A stretch of 63,861 nt of DNA, filler included, from Octopus bimaculoides (Eukaryota), in NCBI RefSeq assembly GCF_001194135.2. It is 4 parts of 4 records of this genome, joined end to end, with 100 filler letters (N's around TTAATTAATTAA, not from the genome) between each part and the next. Parts side by side here need not be neighbours in the genome. Positions count along the whole stretch, not along the records: positions 1 to 16,143 come from NC_068983.1; 3 more parts are not named here. One strand, 5' to 3'. Both the position numbers and the translations under genes were made by a program. The first letter of the stretch is position 1; each line of letters starts with the position of its first letter. Below, piece by piece: positions 1 through 13,152 of this stretch. The notes below the pieces were generated by a model. It saw only the letters and a list, made by a program, of their open reading frames with translations. It had not been told where the DNA came from and searched no databases.

Positions 1-30
1 CCATCCATCCATCCATCCATCCATCCATCC

Positions 31-96
<66 letters not shown>
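1..96. repeat. (CCAT)n/(CTAT)n compound tetranucleotide microsatellite
   Basis: Directly visible tandem CCAT then CTAT units. Confidence 0.97.
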
Positions 97-759
97 AGTG
101 AATTTAGATTGATGAACTTTATGTATTCAAGTACACATTTGCATAGTTTGAAATGGACAGCTACAATAAAGTGTTATTTCGCTCAATTTAAATTCAATCA
201 TGAGTAAATTAAGATTTAGAGTAACGCAGGCGCACACAATATCTGTTGATGGATGATATGAAGAAATTCTGTTAATGATTTGTTTGTCATTCTTGATTGC
301 GTTGATTACTTATAGAAATGTCTAGCTTCCACACTCTACGATACAGTCTGAAATATTCTTTATTAATGAATATACACCATCAGTTCTAATAAAATCAGTA
401 AGTAAATTGATTCAGTCGTGAGGTTACCATTGTTGCGTCGTTGCTGTTATATGAATATATTGATATCTCATTAATACAAAATGCATTTTCCATCTTCAAT
501 AAATGTATAACCGACAGAAATGTATAGCTATAGAAATATGTAGAGTCGATTACGTTCTTTAATTAACCCTAATTCGAGAAAAATCAATGGTAACATGGTT
601 GAGATTTGAACTCTAATAATGTAACTTCTTTTGCATGTATCCCTATCATTTCTTCTGACTCAAAACTCTTAAGGGTGTTGTTAGTTGAAATCTGAAATAT
701 GTTCAAAACAAGTAGCTAAAATTTCAAGAAGCATGTATGTTTATGTATGTGTATGTAAA

Positions 760-796
<37 letters not shown>

Positions 797-2581
797 NNNN
801 NNNNNNNNNNNNNNNNNNNNNNNNNNNNNNNNNNNNNNNNNNNNNNNNNNNNNNNNNNNNNNNNNNNNNNNNNNNNNNNNNNNNNNNNNNNNNNNNNNNN
901 NNNNNNNNNNNNNNNNNNNNNNNNNNNNNNNNNNNNNNNNNNNNNNNNNNNNNNNNNNNNNNNNNNNNNNNNNNNNNNNNNNNNNNNNNNNNNNNNNNNN
1001 NNNNNNNNNNNNNNNNNNNNNNNNNNNNNNNNNNNNNNNNNNNNNNNNNNNNNNNNNNNNNNNNNNNNNNNNNNNNNNNNNNNNNNNNNNNNNNNNNNNN
1101 NNNNNNNNNNNNNNNNNNNNNNNNNNNNNNNNNNNNNNNNNNNNNNNNNNNNNNNNNNNNNNNNNNNNNNNNNNNNNNNNNNNNNNNNNNNNNNNNNNNN
1201 NNNNNNNNNNNNNNNNNNNNNNNNNNNNNNNNNNNNNNNNNNNNNNNNNNNNNNNNNNNNNNNNNNNNNNNNNNNNNNNNNNNNNNNNNNNNNNNNNNNN
1301 NNNNNNNNNNNNNNNNNNNNNNNNNNNNNNNNNNNNNNNNNNNNNNNNNNNNNNNNNNNNNNNNNNNNNNNNNNNNNNNNNNNNNNNNNNNNNNNNNNNN
1401 NNNNNNNNNNNNNNNNNNNNNNNNNNNNNNNNNNNNNNNNNNNNNNNNNNNNNNNNNNNNNNNNNNNNNNNNNNNNNNNNNNNNNNNNNNNNNNNNNNNN
1501 NNNNNNNNNNNNNNNNNNNNNNNNNNNNNNNNNNNNNNNNNNNNNNNNNNNNNNNNNNNNNNNNNNNNNNNNNNNNNNNNNNNNNNNNNNNNNNNNNNNN
1601 NNNNNNNNNNNNNNNNNNNNNNNNNNNNNNNNNNNNNNNNNNNNNNNNNNNNNNNNNNNNNNNNNNNNNNNNNNNNNNNNNNNNNNNNNNNNNNNNNNNN
1701 NNNNNNNNNNNNNNNNNNNNNNNNNNNNNNNNNNNNNNNNNNNNNNNNNNNNNNNNNNNNNNNNNNNNNNNNNNNATATGTATGCGTGTGTGAGTGTTTC
1801 CTTGCAACGGGCAGCAGAAAAGCCACCTAGCCCCTCTCCCCTCTCCCCTTACATCTATGTAATCAACACACTTACCCTTCTGTCTCTTCCTCGGAGTTTT
1901 TAAAGTTGTGCATGTGCATGTGTGTGTAGTGTGTGTGTGTATGCATGCATCTATGTATTTACGAAAGTGGGTATGAAGCGTTGCGTGTATATCTGTGAAT
2001 GACAGCTTTATTAGCGTTAACACCCCACTGCCACTTCATATTTTTCGTTTTCACAACGCTGTTCTCTCCTTCCTTGATATAAGTCACACCCACTCTAACA
2101 TTGTTTGCGCCCTTCTAATTTTATCAAATAACCCAATCTCCCAAGGGGGCTCATTATAGATTTTCACTGAAATACAAATATCCTGTGATTCAACTGGATG
2201 TTAGTTGAAAATGTATTCTCAAGACAGGTTTTCTGGTCTAGGCAGCAAGGTGGTAACAGACAGATCGACAGACAGAAATTGCCAATAATATATAAGATAA
2301 ATATATAAAATATGTATAAGATATATATATATATATAAAATATACAGCAGTCTGCAATGTTTTACCTAAAAGGAAAACATGATTGTCACTAATTGTGTGT
2401 AAGGTGTTATACATACCTACATTGCTAGAAGCAAGAGCTAAAATACTCTGATGCTGTAGTCAAAGCACATAATTGTATACAATATACGTATACAATTATG
2501 AGGTTTGACGATAGCATTAGAACATTTCATCTCTTATTTCTTGCAATGTGGGTTTTTCTAACACCCAAGTCACATTTCGTG

Positions 2582-2614
<33 letters not shown>

Positions 2615-3201
2615 NNNNNNNNNNNNNNNNNNNNNNNNNNNNNNNNNNNNNNNNNNNNNNNNNNNNNNNNNNNNNNNNNNNNNNNNNNNNNNNNNNNNNN
2701 NNNNNNNNNNNNNNNNNNNNNNNNNNNNNNNNNNNNNNNNNNNNNNNNNNNNNNNNNNNNNNNNNNNNNNNNNNNNNNNNNNNNNNNNNNNNNNNNNNNN
2801 NNNNNNNNNNNNNNNNNNNNNNNNNNNNNNNNNNNNNNNNNNNNNNNNNNNNNNNNNNNNNNNNNNNNNNNNNNNNNNNNNNNNNNNNNNNNNNNNNNNN
2901 NNNNNNNNNNNNNNNNNNNNNNNNNNNNNNNNNNNNNNNNNNNNNNNNNNNNNNNNNNNNNNNNNNNNNNNNNNNNNNNNNNNNNNNNNNNNNNNNNNNN
3001 NNNNNNNNNNNNNNNNNNNNNNNNNNNNNNNNNNNNNNNNNNNNNNNNNNNNNNNNNNNNNNNNNNNNNNNNNNNNNNNNNNNNNNNNNNNNNNNNNNNN
3101 NNNNNNNNNNNNNNNNNNNNNNNNNNNNNNNNNNNNNNNNNNNNNNNNNNNNNNNNNNNNNNNNNNNNNNNNNNNNNNNNNNNNNNNNNNNNNNNNNNNN
3201 N

Positions 3202-3248
<47 letters not shown>

Positions 3249-4714
3249 ATACATGTATATGTATATGTTTGTTATATATGTATGTGTGCTGTGTCTGTAT
3301 ATGCTTGGCTCGCTTTGTATGTGTAGTATATTCAATTTTTATGTATTTGTTTTTCAAACACCTTATATAGTGTGCAGCAGAAATATGACAATCAGCAATA
3401 TATATAATAACAAGTTATCACGAAACATCCAACGCAATTCTTATTAAACACCGATAACATTATTTTATGGTTGATTTTATAGCTTCATGAACTAATATTG
3501 ACGGTAACGTCTCCGTTTACTTACCGTTGTTATCGTGTATGTCTGCCATGAGATTGATATTAGCGAAGATAAAAGTGAAACGTACAATATTCTTTATTAC
3601 GCTTAATACATTATATGGCTGTTTCGAATTCGCATCGAGATTGGATTGAATCTTTATCCAGAATATAGTATTATCATTTACATAATAGGCTCAACTCAAT
3701 TTACTAACAGTTTCTTTCGTTTATTATTACTTTTTTTTTTACTTAGGATAATGATATGAGGTTTTTAATGGAATTAGATGATGTCGCTTCACAACGCATT
3801 TCATTACAAGGCGACACCTTGTCCAATCTCAGCTGTGCATTCAATGGGGGTGGGGGGAATTTGCAGATTCCTTAGAACATTGGCAGATAGCATAACTGAG
3901 TTCGGTTCTTTACACTTTGATTCAGTTCCCACTAAGCAATTATTGCATATCATAATCTCATCTTACACATCAAGGCACCGCTCTAGGGCGGCGGAAGCAT
4001 TTATGGAACGCCTAAAACGTCAGGTAGAACGCGTTAGAATATTCATTGCACTTCTTTGAGTTCTGAATTCAAATTTCACCACAGTCTTTTTAAGGCCGAG
4101 AATCATTTCATTTTTTTTTTATGGTTTAAAATCTCCACTTGCCAGTTAGCTGTCTTTAAGAAGGACCACTGCTACAATCATTCGGGTCTTCGATCTTAAC
4201 CTACTTAACTTCCTCTCTTCCAGGAGTCCCGAAGGCTTGTAAAGTTTATGCGCAATGTAGAAGCTATTAAAAAATAGGCGGCGAATGAATGGCTTGTCGT
4301 TCGAAGGTTTACCTAGCCATTATATCGATTAGGGTTCAGAAAGTGTATTTTACAATAGCGTGTTTTCGCCATATTCTCATGAATGAAATTTAGTACACGG
4401 GAATCATGTGACATTCTTTTGAAAAAACCGTTACTGTTTAACATTGGCAGATATCCATCACTAAGGCTTCGCAGTACTGAATGGTTCTTAAGTATGTTTA
4501 ACGGACTTCATTCAGTTAGATGCCTGAATAGCCAGGCCTATTACGTTCCATAAAATTTCTTTCTATCATTCAGGAAATTCTTGAAAGTATCACTGGCGCT
4601 TTCCAAAGATCAAGAAAGGAAGGAATGAACGGTAAGTTATCGCGATAGTGTCGGTAACATTCCGGAAGTTTATTAATTGAAGTCTACATCCTTCAAAATA
4701 AGCAAAATATACAG

Positions 4715-4753
<39 letters not shown>

Positions 4754-5610
4754 NNNNNNNNNNNNNNNNNNNNNNNNNNNNNNNNNNNNNNNNNNNNNNN
4801 NNNNNNNNNNNNNNNNNNNNNNNNNNNNNNNNNNNNNNNNNNNNNNNNNNNNNNNNNNNNNNNNNNNNNNNNNNNNNNNNNNNNNNNNNNNNNNNNNNNN
4901 NNNNNNNNNNNNNNNNNNNNNNNNNNNNNNNNNNNNNNNNNNNNNNNNNNNNNNNNNNNNNNNNNNNNNNNNNNNNNNNNNNNNNNNNNNNNNNNNNNNN
5001 NNNNNNNNNNNNNNNNNNNNNNNNNNNNNNNNNNNNNNNNNNNNNNNNNNNNNNNNNNNNNNNNNNNNNNNNNNNNNNNNNNNNNNNNNNNNNNNNNNNN
5101 NNNNNNNNNNNNNNNNNNNNNNNNNNNNNNNNNNNNNNNNNNNNNNNNNNNNNNNNNNNNNNNNNNNNNNNNNNNNNNNNNNNNNNNNNNNNNNNNNNNN
5201 NNNNNNNNNNNNNNNNNNNNNNNNNNNNNNNNNNNNNNNNNNNNNNNNNNNNNNNNNNNNNNNNNNNNNNNNNNNNNNNNNNNNNNNNNNNNNNNNNNNN
5301 NNNNNNNNNNNNNNNNNNNNNNNNNNNNNNNNNNNNNNNNNNNNNNNNNNNNNNNNNNNNNNNNNNNNNNNNNNNNNNNNNNNNNNNNNNNNNNNNNNNN
5401 NNNNNNNNNNNNNNNNNNNNNNNNNNNNNNNNNNNNNNNNNNNNNNNNNNNNNNNNNNNNNNNNNNNNNNNNNNNNNNNNNNNNNNNNNNNNNNNNNNNN
5501 NNNNNNNNNNNNNNNNNNNNNNNNNNNNNNNNNNNNNNNNNNNNNNNNNNNNNNNNNNNNNNNNNNNNNNNNNNNNNNNNNNNNNNNNNGCCCGGCGTGC
5601 TAACGTTTCT

Positions 5611-5842
5611 TATTTCTTTATTGCCCACAAGGGGCTACGCACAGAGGGGACAAACAAGGACAGACAAAAAGATTGAATCGATTACATCGACTCCAGTGCG
5701 TAACTGGTACTTCATTTATCGACCTCGAACGGATGAAAGGCAAATTCGACCTTGGCGGAATTTGAACTCAGAACATAACGGCAGACGAAATACCGCTAAG
5801 CATTCCGCCCGGCGTGCTAACGTTTCTGCCAGCTCGCTGCCT
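5611..5842 (-). mobile_element. tRNA-derived SINE, family N (Nin/Deu-like central domain)
   Basis: Reverse complement reads GGCAGCGAGCTGGCAGAAACGTTAGCACGCCGGGCG...GAGTTCAAATTCCGCCAAGGTCGAATTTGCCTTTCATCCG...AAGTACCAGTTACGCACTGG. B-box-like GAGTTCAAATTCC plus a GCCTTTCATCC core. The same sequence recurs more than 15 times in the window. The head of a second copy abuts it at 5590-5610. Confidence 0.85.
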
Positions 5843-8800
5843 TATTGGGAAAATATATATCATCAGTTAGTCGCTAATGCTTTGATTATAAAGAATTAAA
5901 TAACAGACAATGAAATGTAGGTTCCGAGAAACTCGTGTCCCTTTCAGTAAATGTTTTAAGAACATTAGAAAATTGTGTTGAATTCTAATGTTTTGAAGAT
6001 AGACTGTGGATAATAACGAAATTTACATTATTTATGAACGTATTGATTAAATTGATTTACTACCTTATTTTCTTCGGGCTGTTCTTTATACAAAGCGTCA
6101 GTATTTACGTCTGTCCACGGAGTGCAATCTTATCTGAATCTGCAAAATGTACCCGCTGGTATAATTAAATTATCATTCTAAGCAACGGATAAATTAATTA
6201 AAAATAAGCAACTTATTATATACGTACAATCTCAAATCATTGAACGAAACAAATTCGCGAATATTAGAGAAAAACTTGCTACTTATGTATATCAATCTCA
6301 TTACCACTATCATGTTAGAAAAGGTTTGACTAAATTCGAAGTAAACACTGTGAAATTTCGCAGCACAGGGCGTAATTTTATTATGATCTAAATATTTTAT
6401 TAAGCATACGTCCCAAGTTGTCTCTATAATAGCTACTAACACACTGCATCACATTTCACACAACTGTAATCAGACGTTTTTGCCAGGGATGTTGAGGAAA
6501 ATGACGATACCCCCCCCCCACATATATATTTATATATATATGTATATATATATATATATATATAATATATGTATATATACATACNNNNNNNNNNNNNNNN
6601 NNNNNNNNNNNNNNNNNNNNNNNNNNNNNNNNNNNNNNNNNNNNNNNNNNNNNNNNNNNNNNNNNNNNNNNNNNNNNNNNNNNNNNNNNNNNNNNNNNNN
6701 NNNNNNNNNNNNNNNNNNNNNNNNNNNNNNNNNNNNNNNNNNNNNNNNNNNNNNNNNNNNNNNNNNNNNNNNNNNNNNNNNNNNNNNNNNNNNNNNNNNN
6801 NNNNNNNNNNNNNNNNNNNNNNNNNNNNNNNNNNNNNNNNNNNNNNNNNNNNNNNNNNNNNNNNNNNNNNNNNNNNNNNNNNNNNNNNNNNNNNNNNNNN
6901 NNNNNNNNNNNNNNNNNNNNNNNNNNNNNNNNNNNNNNNNNNNNNNNNNNNNNNNNNNNNNNNNNNNNNNNNNNNNNNNNNNNNNNNNNNNNNNNNNNNN
7001 NNNNNNNNNNNNNNNNNNNNNNNNNNNNNNNNNNNNNNNNNNNNNNNNNNNNNNNNNNNNNNNNNNNNNNNNNNNNNNNNNNNNNNNNNNNNNNNNNNNN
7101 NNNNNNNNNNNNNNNNNNNNNNNNNNNTATATATATATATATATATATATATATTGATCACAGGATCGTTAGACGAAGTGTTTTGCTCAGCATCCCAACA
7201 CACCACGCGGTCCAGGAATTGACCCCCCCCCACATACCCTCATATGCATATATACATATACACCTATATGCATAAGTAATGACGTTCATAGTCATTCTTA
7301 AGAGACTTAATAGATTCAGGTAATCTCGAATGGGAGTATGATAATCACTGTTGTCTTGTTTGTGGACAAAGCATTTTTATCATAGACTCGATTCATTGAA
7401 ATAAGTCAAATATGAAACACCGTAGTGTTTCGACCTGTTTCAAAGCTAATAAAGGTTAGTGGGCTAAACAAGAATTGCAGCTCTTGTTTATAGAAATCAG
7501 CGAACAGCTTGTTTAATAATGGTTTCAAATTTTGGCAAAAGGCCAGTCATGTTTAAGGAATTAGGTAAGTAAATCGATTACCCCAGTACTCACGAACGTA
7601 AGTACGCACGAAATGCTACTCTAGATTATTTAAAAATGCGTGCTGGTGTCTGCTAGATTGATAGAAAATCGTCACCTGGACGGTGAACTGGGAAAAGCAC
7701 CACAGTGATGTAGATATTAATTTTATATACGTTCCGGGAATTTACTTTAACCGAAAGGCAAAAACCTTTTCAGCAATCCCTCGTATATGACTAAATATCA
7801 ATAGTAACTACAAGAAAATTATGTTCTCTAGGTACCGCTTTGTGAACCAAAAAGACACGCAAAGTTAGAATACATAACAATTTTTCTTAGACTTCGAACA
7901 CATTTACATTTCACACAAAGATGATGTTTCTCGAATGAAGAATCTTTTTATAGCGACATCTCGAGCGGAGGCAATGGGTATGAGCGGGAAATAGATCCGA
8001 ATATTTAATATGGCATCGCTAAAGATAAACCTCTGTCAGGACGTGGTATAGAGTGAATAAATGAATAACTTGAATGATTTCTTCTAGTCCAAGAAATCGA
8101 TCTTAGTTTTTCTATGTTATTAAATTTAACTTTACAGGTTTTATTTGTTTTTATCCTGTATTCAAGTCTATTCAAACGAAAAGTACATTACAAGGTCACA
8201 CGCAGTCCGAGTGAAATATTAAGATTAAGTTCATATGTAATCCTCTCGTTTATCTATCTATCTATCTATCTATCTGTGTCTGTCTGCTTGTCTGTTACGC
8301 ACAAATGTACTCATATACATATGTATAAGCTATATATATATATATATATATATGCATCTGTGTGTGTGTAACTATATACAAATATATATACATACATATA
8401 TATATATATAACTGTGTAGTTATATATACACACATATATATNNNNNNNNNNNNNNNNNNNNNNNNNNNNNNNNNNNNNNNNNNNNNNNNNNNNNNNNNNN
8501 NNNNNNNNNNNNNNNNNNNNNNNNNNNNNNNNNNNNNNNNNNNNNNNNNNNNNNNNNNNNNNNNNNATATATATATATATATATATATATAACTACACAG
8601 ACACACAGACACACACACTCATATATACATATGTATGTATATATATATATATAACAGGCACACACATATATGTAGATATGAGTATAAAGTTTTGCCATCT
8701 CTCTCTCTTTCTTTCTGACATACGTATATATGTATATATACGTGTGTGCGTGTGTGTGTGTGTGTTTTTGCGCGCGCGCCTGCATGTGTTTGTCTATAGA

Positions 8801-9040
8801 ATGATTCTGAGAGAAGAAATCAGATATGTTTACGATAATGGAAGGCTTAAGTTATCAAGTATGACAAGGGCTATCGTAATGTCTATTCCCTGGAGCAACC
8901 AATATAGAAATGGATGGAAAGTCAATATATCTATTCAAAGATTAAAACAGTAAGTGATGGAAGCATTGAAGTAAAAGAATGATTTTAATGATGACGATGA
9001 TGATGATAAATGATGATGACACAATTATTTCCACTAAGAA

Positions 9041-9095
<55 letters not shown>
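9041..9095. repeat. (TTA)n microsatellite at the 3' end of a Dong/R4 LINE
   Basis: Tandem TTA directly after the LINE 3' UTR on the minus strand. Confidence 0.95.
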
Positions 9096-9097
<2 letters not shown>

Positions 9098-10255
9098 TTC
9101 CTTTCCTTATAACTTTATTTCAGCTTAGTACCGGGCATTCTCCGGAGGCCAAGAGTAGCAAGGGCACTTTTGTTTTGCTATGCGTGCTAAAAGTATCACC
9201 ACATTTATTCCATCTTAGATGGAGCGTGCTTTCCTTAGTATATGGGCTGTACCCATCGAGGTTGTCTTTTGTCGTTCATGGAGATGAGAGTTACTAGGGA
9301 GTTGCTTGATATACTTCGCAGCTCCCTTCTTTATCATTCCCAACGCACCACTTACTACTGGTATTATCTTAGTAGTAAGCTTCCACATTTGTGTGATTTC
9401 AGTTTGCAGACCTTTATAGTGAGAAAGCTTTTCGTATTCCTTTCTTGAGACATTTTGATAATTGTGGGAAAGACATATCTATTAACAGACAAGCTTTTCT
9501 TTTATTGTCCTTGATCACAATGTTTGGTCGACTGGAATCAGTTTTCCTGTCTGTTTATATTGTGTAGTTCCAAAGGATGGTGACGGCCTTGCCATTTACT
9601 ACATCCTCTGGATGTGCCTGTACCACTCATCGTGGGATTTAATTTTGTAGTATTTACAAGCATTCCAGTGTATGTACTGCCCTAGTCTGTCATGTCTTAT
9701 GAGGTACTCCTTTTCAGCGAGGATTGTGCAGCTAGAAACAACATAATCAACTGTCTCTGTGAATTTCCCGCAAATTCTGTACATGAGGACAGATCCAACT
9801 TTAAGGACGTTTGCATGGCGGATTCTGGTAGGTAAGCTCTGATCTTGATCTGTAATAACGAAACCTTCTGTTTTCTCTTTCAAACCTGTCCCTTGTAGCC
9901 ATTGGTGTGTTAGATTTTGATCAATATCTGGCTTGGATAGGTGGTTAGGGTATTTTCCATGCAGGAGTTTGCTTTTCCTGTTGTCTTCGATATTATTCAT
10001 GCAAGCCTCCATTACTTTTTGTTTGATGTTTTTTGCATCAATGCTAGGTTTGTTACTATTTGGACCTCGTTGATCTTTCTGATTGTTAATTTCTAAATCA
10101 GAGGAAACAAGTGTAGGTCTATCAGTATTTGGGTATCTTTGGTCATTCATATTGTTAACTTGTAGGCCAAGAAACTTTTTAAATTTGTTAATAAGGTTCA
10201 TAGCTGAAGCTTGCTTGGAATCTTCATGCTTCAGTGCAGGTCGTAAGAGCACATC
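9096..10255 (-). mobile_element. Dong/R4-clade non-LTR retrotransposon, decayed 3' portion (zinc knuckle plus restriction-like endonuclease)
   Basis: ORF 9599-10300 contains LLHGKY, THQWLQGTGLKEKTEGFVITDQDQSLPTR, YRICGKFTETVDYVVSSC and EKEYLIRHD. Shifted frames give ILWNYTI*TDRK, SRPNIVIKDNKRKACLLIDMSFP and IIPVVSGALG...GTAHILRKARSI* (stop at 9215-9217). These match R4/Dong C-terminal motifs. Confidence 0.88.
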
Positions 10256-10257
10256 AT

Positions 10258-10608
10258 TTGCAGGAGTGGCTGTGTGGTAAGTAGCTTGCTTACCAACCAC
10301 ATGGTTCTTCTACTATAGCCTCGGGCTGACCAAAGACTTGTGAGGGGATTTGGTAGACGGAAACTGTAAGAAGCCCGTCGTATATATGTGTATGTAGATA
10401 TATATGTTTGTGTGTCTGTGTTTGTCCCCACAACATCGCTTGCCAACCGATGCTGGTGTGTTTACGACCCGTAACTTAGAGGTTCGGCAAAAGAGATCGA
10501 TAGAATAAGTACTAGGCTTACAAAGAATAAGTCCTGGGGTCGATTTGCTCGACTAAAGGCGTTTTTCCAGCATGACCACAGTCAAATGACTGAAACAAGT
10601 AAAAGAGT
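10258..10608 (+). mobile_element. tRNA-derived SINE, family B, internally deleted copy
   Basis: GCAGGAGTGGCTGTGTGGTAAGTAGCTTGCTTACCAACCACATGGTT head, (AT)/(GT) spacer, tail ending GACTGAAACAAGTAAAAGAGTA. Lacks about 40 bp that the 12899 copy has. Confidence 0.85.
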
Positions 10609-10734
10609 ATGTTCCGGGGTCCATGTAATCGACTCACCCCCACTCTCGAAAGGCATTTTTTTCTGCTACGTAATGTTTCTCCCAAGCTGTCAGCATCCGT
10701 CAAAATACATATAATTTCTTTCCTTTCGACTATG

Positions 10735-10937
10735 GGCAGAAGGGCCGAAATTTATGCGGAAAGTGCCAGACAATTACTTCGACCCCCGCCCATAACTGGT
10801 ACTCATTTTATCGGCCTCATAAGAATGACAGGAAATGTTGATAGCAGAGGAACTTTAATTCAGAAGGTAAAAAGCCGGAACAGATACAGATAGCATTTTG
10901 TCCAGCGTGATAATAATTCTGCTAGCTCACCGCCTTA
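10735..10937 (-). mobile_element. SINE family N, degraded copy
   Basis: ACTGGTACTCATTTTATCGGCC...TGCTAGCTCACCGCCTT aligns to the family N reverse complement. Confidence 0.65.
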
Positions 10938-10989
10938 ACAACAGTAATAATATAACGCGAAATATTAAATCTGGTTCCATAAAATATTC

Positions 10990-11770
10990 ACAAGATTATA
11001 TCATTAGATCGCTGTGAAATAATAAAGGATGGAAAGAGAAATGAAAGAGAATATCTCCAAAGAGTACAAGAGAAGGAACTCGAATCAAAATTAAATGGAG
11101 AGAATATTATCAAATCAATGAATACATGGGCCATGCCAGTATTATTATCAAATCAATGAATATTATCAAATCATTGAATACATGGGCCATACCAGTATTA
11201 TTATCAAATCATTGAATATTATCAAATCAATGTCAATGAATACGTGGACCATTTCAGTATTAAGATACTCTGCTCCTTTTCTAACATATACACAGCTACA
11301 AAACATGGAAGAACCAAAGGCCGCTCACAATGCACAACATTCACCATCCTAAAAGTAATTTCGACAAACTCTACATTGCAAGAAAATGAAGTAGGCACAG
11401 GATTGCTAAACGCAGCAGATACCGTTAGTACGGTGATATTGGGTTTGTAAAAGTATGCTCTACGCAGTACAGAAAGAATACTATGGCCGGCTTGAAAAAT
11501 TCAAAACGTTACTGAAACAGTAGAAGTCAACAATAGTAGGAAGATCAACAGGAGAAATAGATGGAAAAGAGAAGGAATTATATGGCCTATTCATGCAACA
11601 AGCTAAGGATGTTGGAAGTAAAGAGCGGCAGGTGTATCTCAAAGATAAAAACTTGAAACGAGAAAATTAATCACTAAATAAAGGAGCAAGCCATTAAAAC
11701 GAAATTTTTCAAGGAAAAAATACGCAAATTGCAGTCAGAGGGCAAAACATACAAGAGGTGTATGATAGAC
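10990..11770 (+). mobile_element. Dong/R4-clade LINE fragment (post-RT region), decayed
   Basis: Frames give REYLQRVQEKELESKLNGENIIKSMNTWAMPVL, HNIHHPKSNFDKLYIARK and LYGLFMQQAKDV...KNLKREN, matching R4/Dong ELKSKLNGGN..AINTWAVPV, HPKSDVDRLY and LHGQF..LKRETE. Confidence 0.8.
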
Positions 11771-11859
11771 CGAACGTCTGAAATTATTAAAAGTTTCTGA
11801 GATTTGGGTGTTTAGTTTCCCATTTGAATGGATGCAACTATATGCTGTAACGATCTAGC

Positions 11860-12890
11860 GTCTAAAGAGAGAAAGAACCAAGCTGCTTGTAGATAGCCCT
11901 CACCCACCAGTAGCAATTACCAATCCACTCGAAATCTTTGGATGGATATAAACTAACTTGTGTCACGCCAAAACCAGATCTTTGGTCAGACGGATCAACA
12001 GTGTATTGCATGAGGTGGAAGCTGTCACAGATAGTTCTGTCGGGGATCGAACAGATTTGCACTTCCGACAAGTACCAATCTCTTGGTGGGCATCTATGCT
12101 CAAAAATTTAACTCTCTGTTGAGCAGAATTATGAGCCTCAAGTTTTCTATCAAGTTTTCTTTGTCCTTGTTCTTTCTTAACAGCATCACCTTCTTTGCTT
12201 ACGCAATGAGGAATATTCCCAGGCTGCTATGATCTTCAGTAGGCATCTGTCAAGATGGCATCAAAAGAGAACTCGTAGTGAATACCTCCCAATCGCAGCT
12301 ATTTATGCCCCAGTTATTCATCGCATGTTCTTCGGCAAGCTACAACTGGGAAATCACACCCCAGGCACTTCAGTCCACCAGAAACTTTGTTGTAGCTTTG
12401 CTACCACGCTGCAATTCGAACAGGTTTTGTGCCTTCATTTATCTCATCACTGGCAGCCTGTCATCGATTACACATTTTGCATCTTTTGTGTTGAAGATAT
12501 TGTTGAGAGCTTCTCTCCTCGCTTGCACATCGAATATGATGCTTCTTCTACGAGCCTCTCCTAAATGGTTAACTAGTCCCTTCAATTCTCTCTCCCTATC
12601 TCTTTGACACAACCAATCAAAATGACTCTAATATTGCTTGTCATCAAACCCCGCAGCTATTGATAATGATTCTTGTCAGTTTTTGCTTAAGAAGTAAACT
12701 AATTCGGTCTCTGAGTTATGTCGGTAAAAAAGCACTGAAATGAATATTCCAATAGCCAAATCCTAGTCTATCAGTTTCTTTAAAGTTCATTGTAGGGGAC
12801 ACAAGTCTGTGGCCCGTGTAGAGAACTATCAGAAGCATTTCATAACTTACTTTGATCCTATCTATGAAACTAACGAAAACTAGTATACAA
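11860..12890 (-). mobile_element. L1/Tx1-clade LINE relic (N-terminal part of RT)
   Basis: VMLLRKNKDKENLIENLRLIILLNRELNF and QICSIPDRTICDSFHLMQY...VSLYPSKDFEWI resemble I.LIPK....NWRPISLLN.DYK and Q..FIPGR.I.DN....ISLDQ.KAFDRV. Many stops and frameshifts. Confidence 0.7.
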
Positions 12891-12898
12891 TAGTATGC

Positions 12899-13152
12899 AG
12901 GCGCAGGAGTGGTTGTGTGGTAAGTAGCTTGCTTACCAACCACATAGTTCCGGGTTCAGTCCCACTGCGTGGCACCTTGGGCAAGTGTCTTCTACTATAG
13001 CCTCGGGCCGACCACAGCCTTGTGAGTGGATTTGGTAGACGGAAACTGAAAGAAGCCCGTCGTATATATGCATATATATATATGTATGTGCGTGTTTGTG
13101 TGTCTGTGCTTGTCCCCCCAACATCGCTTGACAACCGATGCTGGTGTGTTTA
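12899..13152 (+). mobile_element. tRNA-derived SINE, family B
   Basis: GGCGCAGGAGTGGTTGTGTGGTAAG (A-box-like), CCGGGTTCAGTCCC (B-box-like) and GCACCTTGGGCAAGTGTCTTC (CORE-like). Confidence 0.88.

Noticed and set aside
685-7233. Long ORFs of 200-435 aa in the track (also at 30, 38-39, 55, 57 and 59 kb)
   Set aside because: They are mostly X residues from N-gaps plus dinucleotide-repeat translations.
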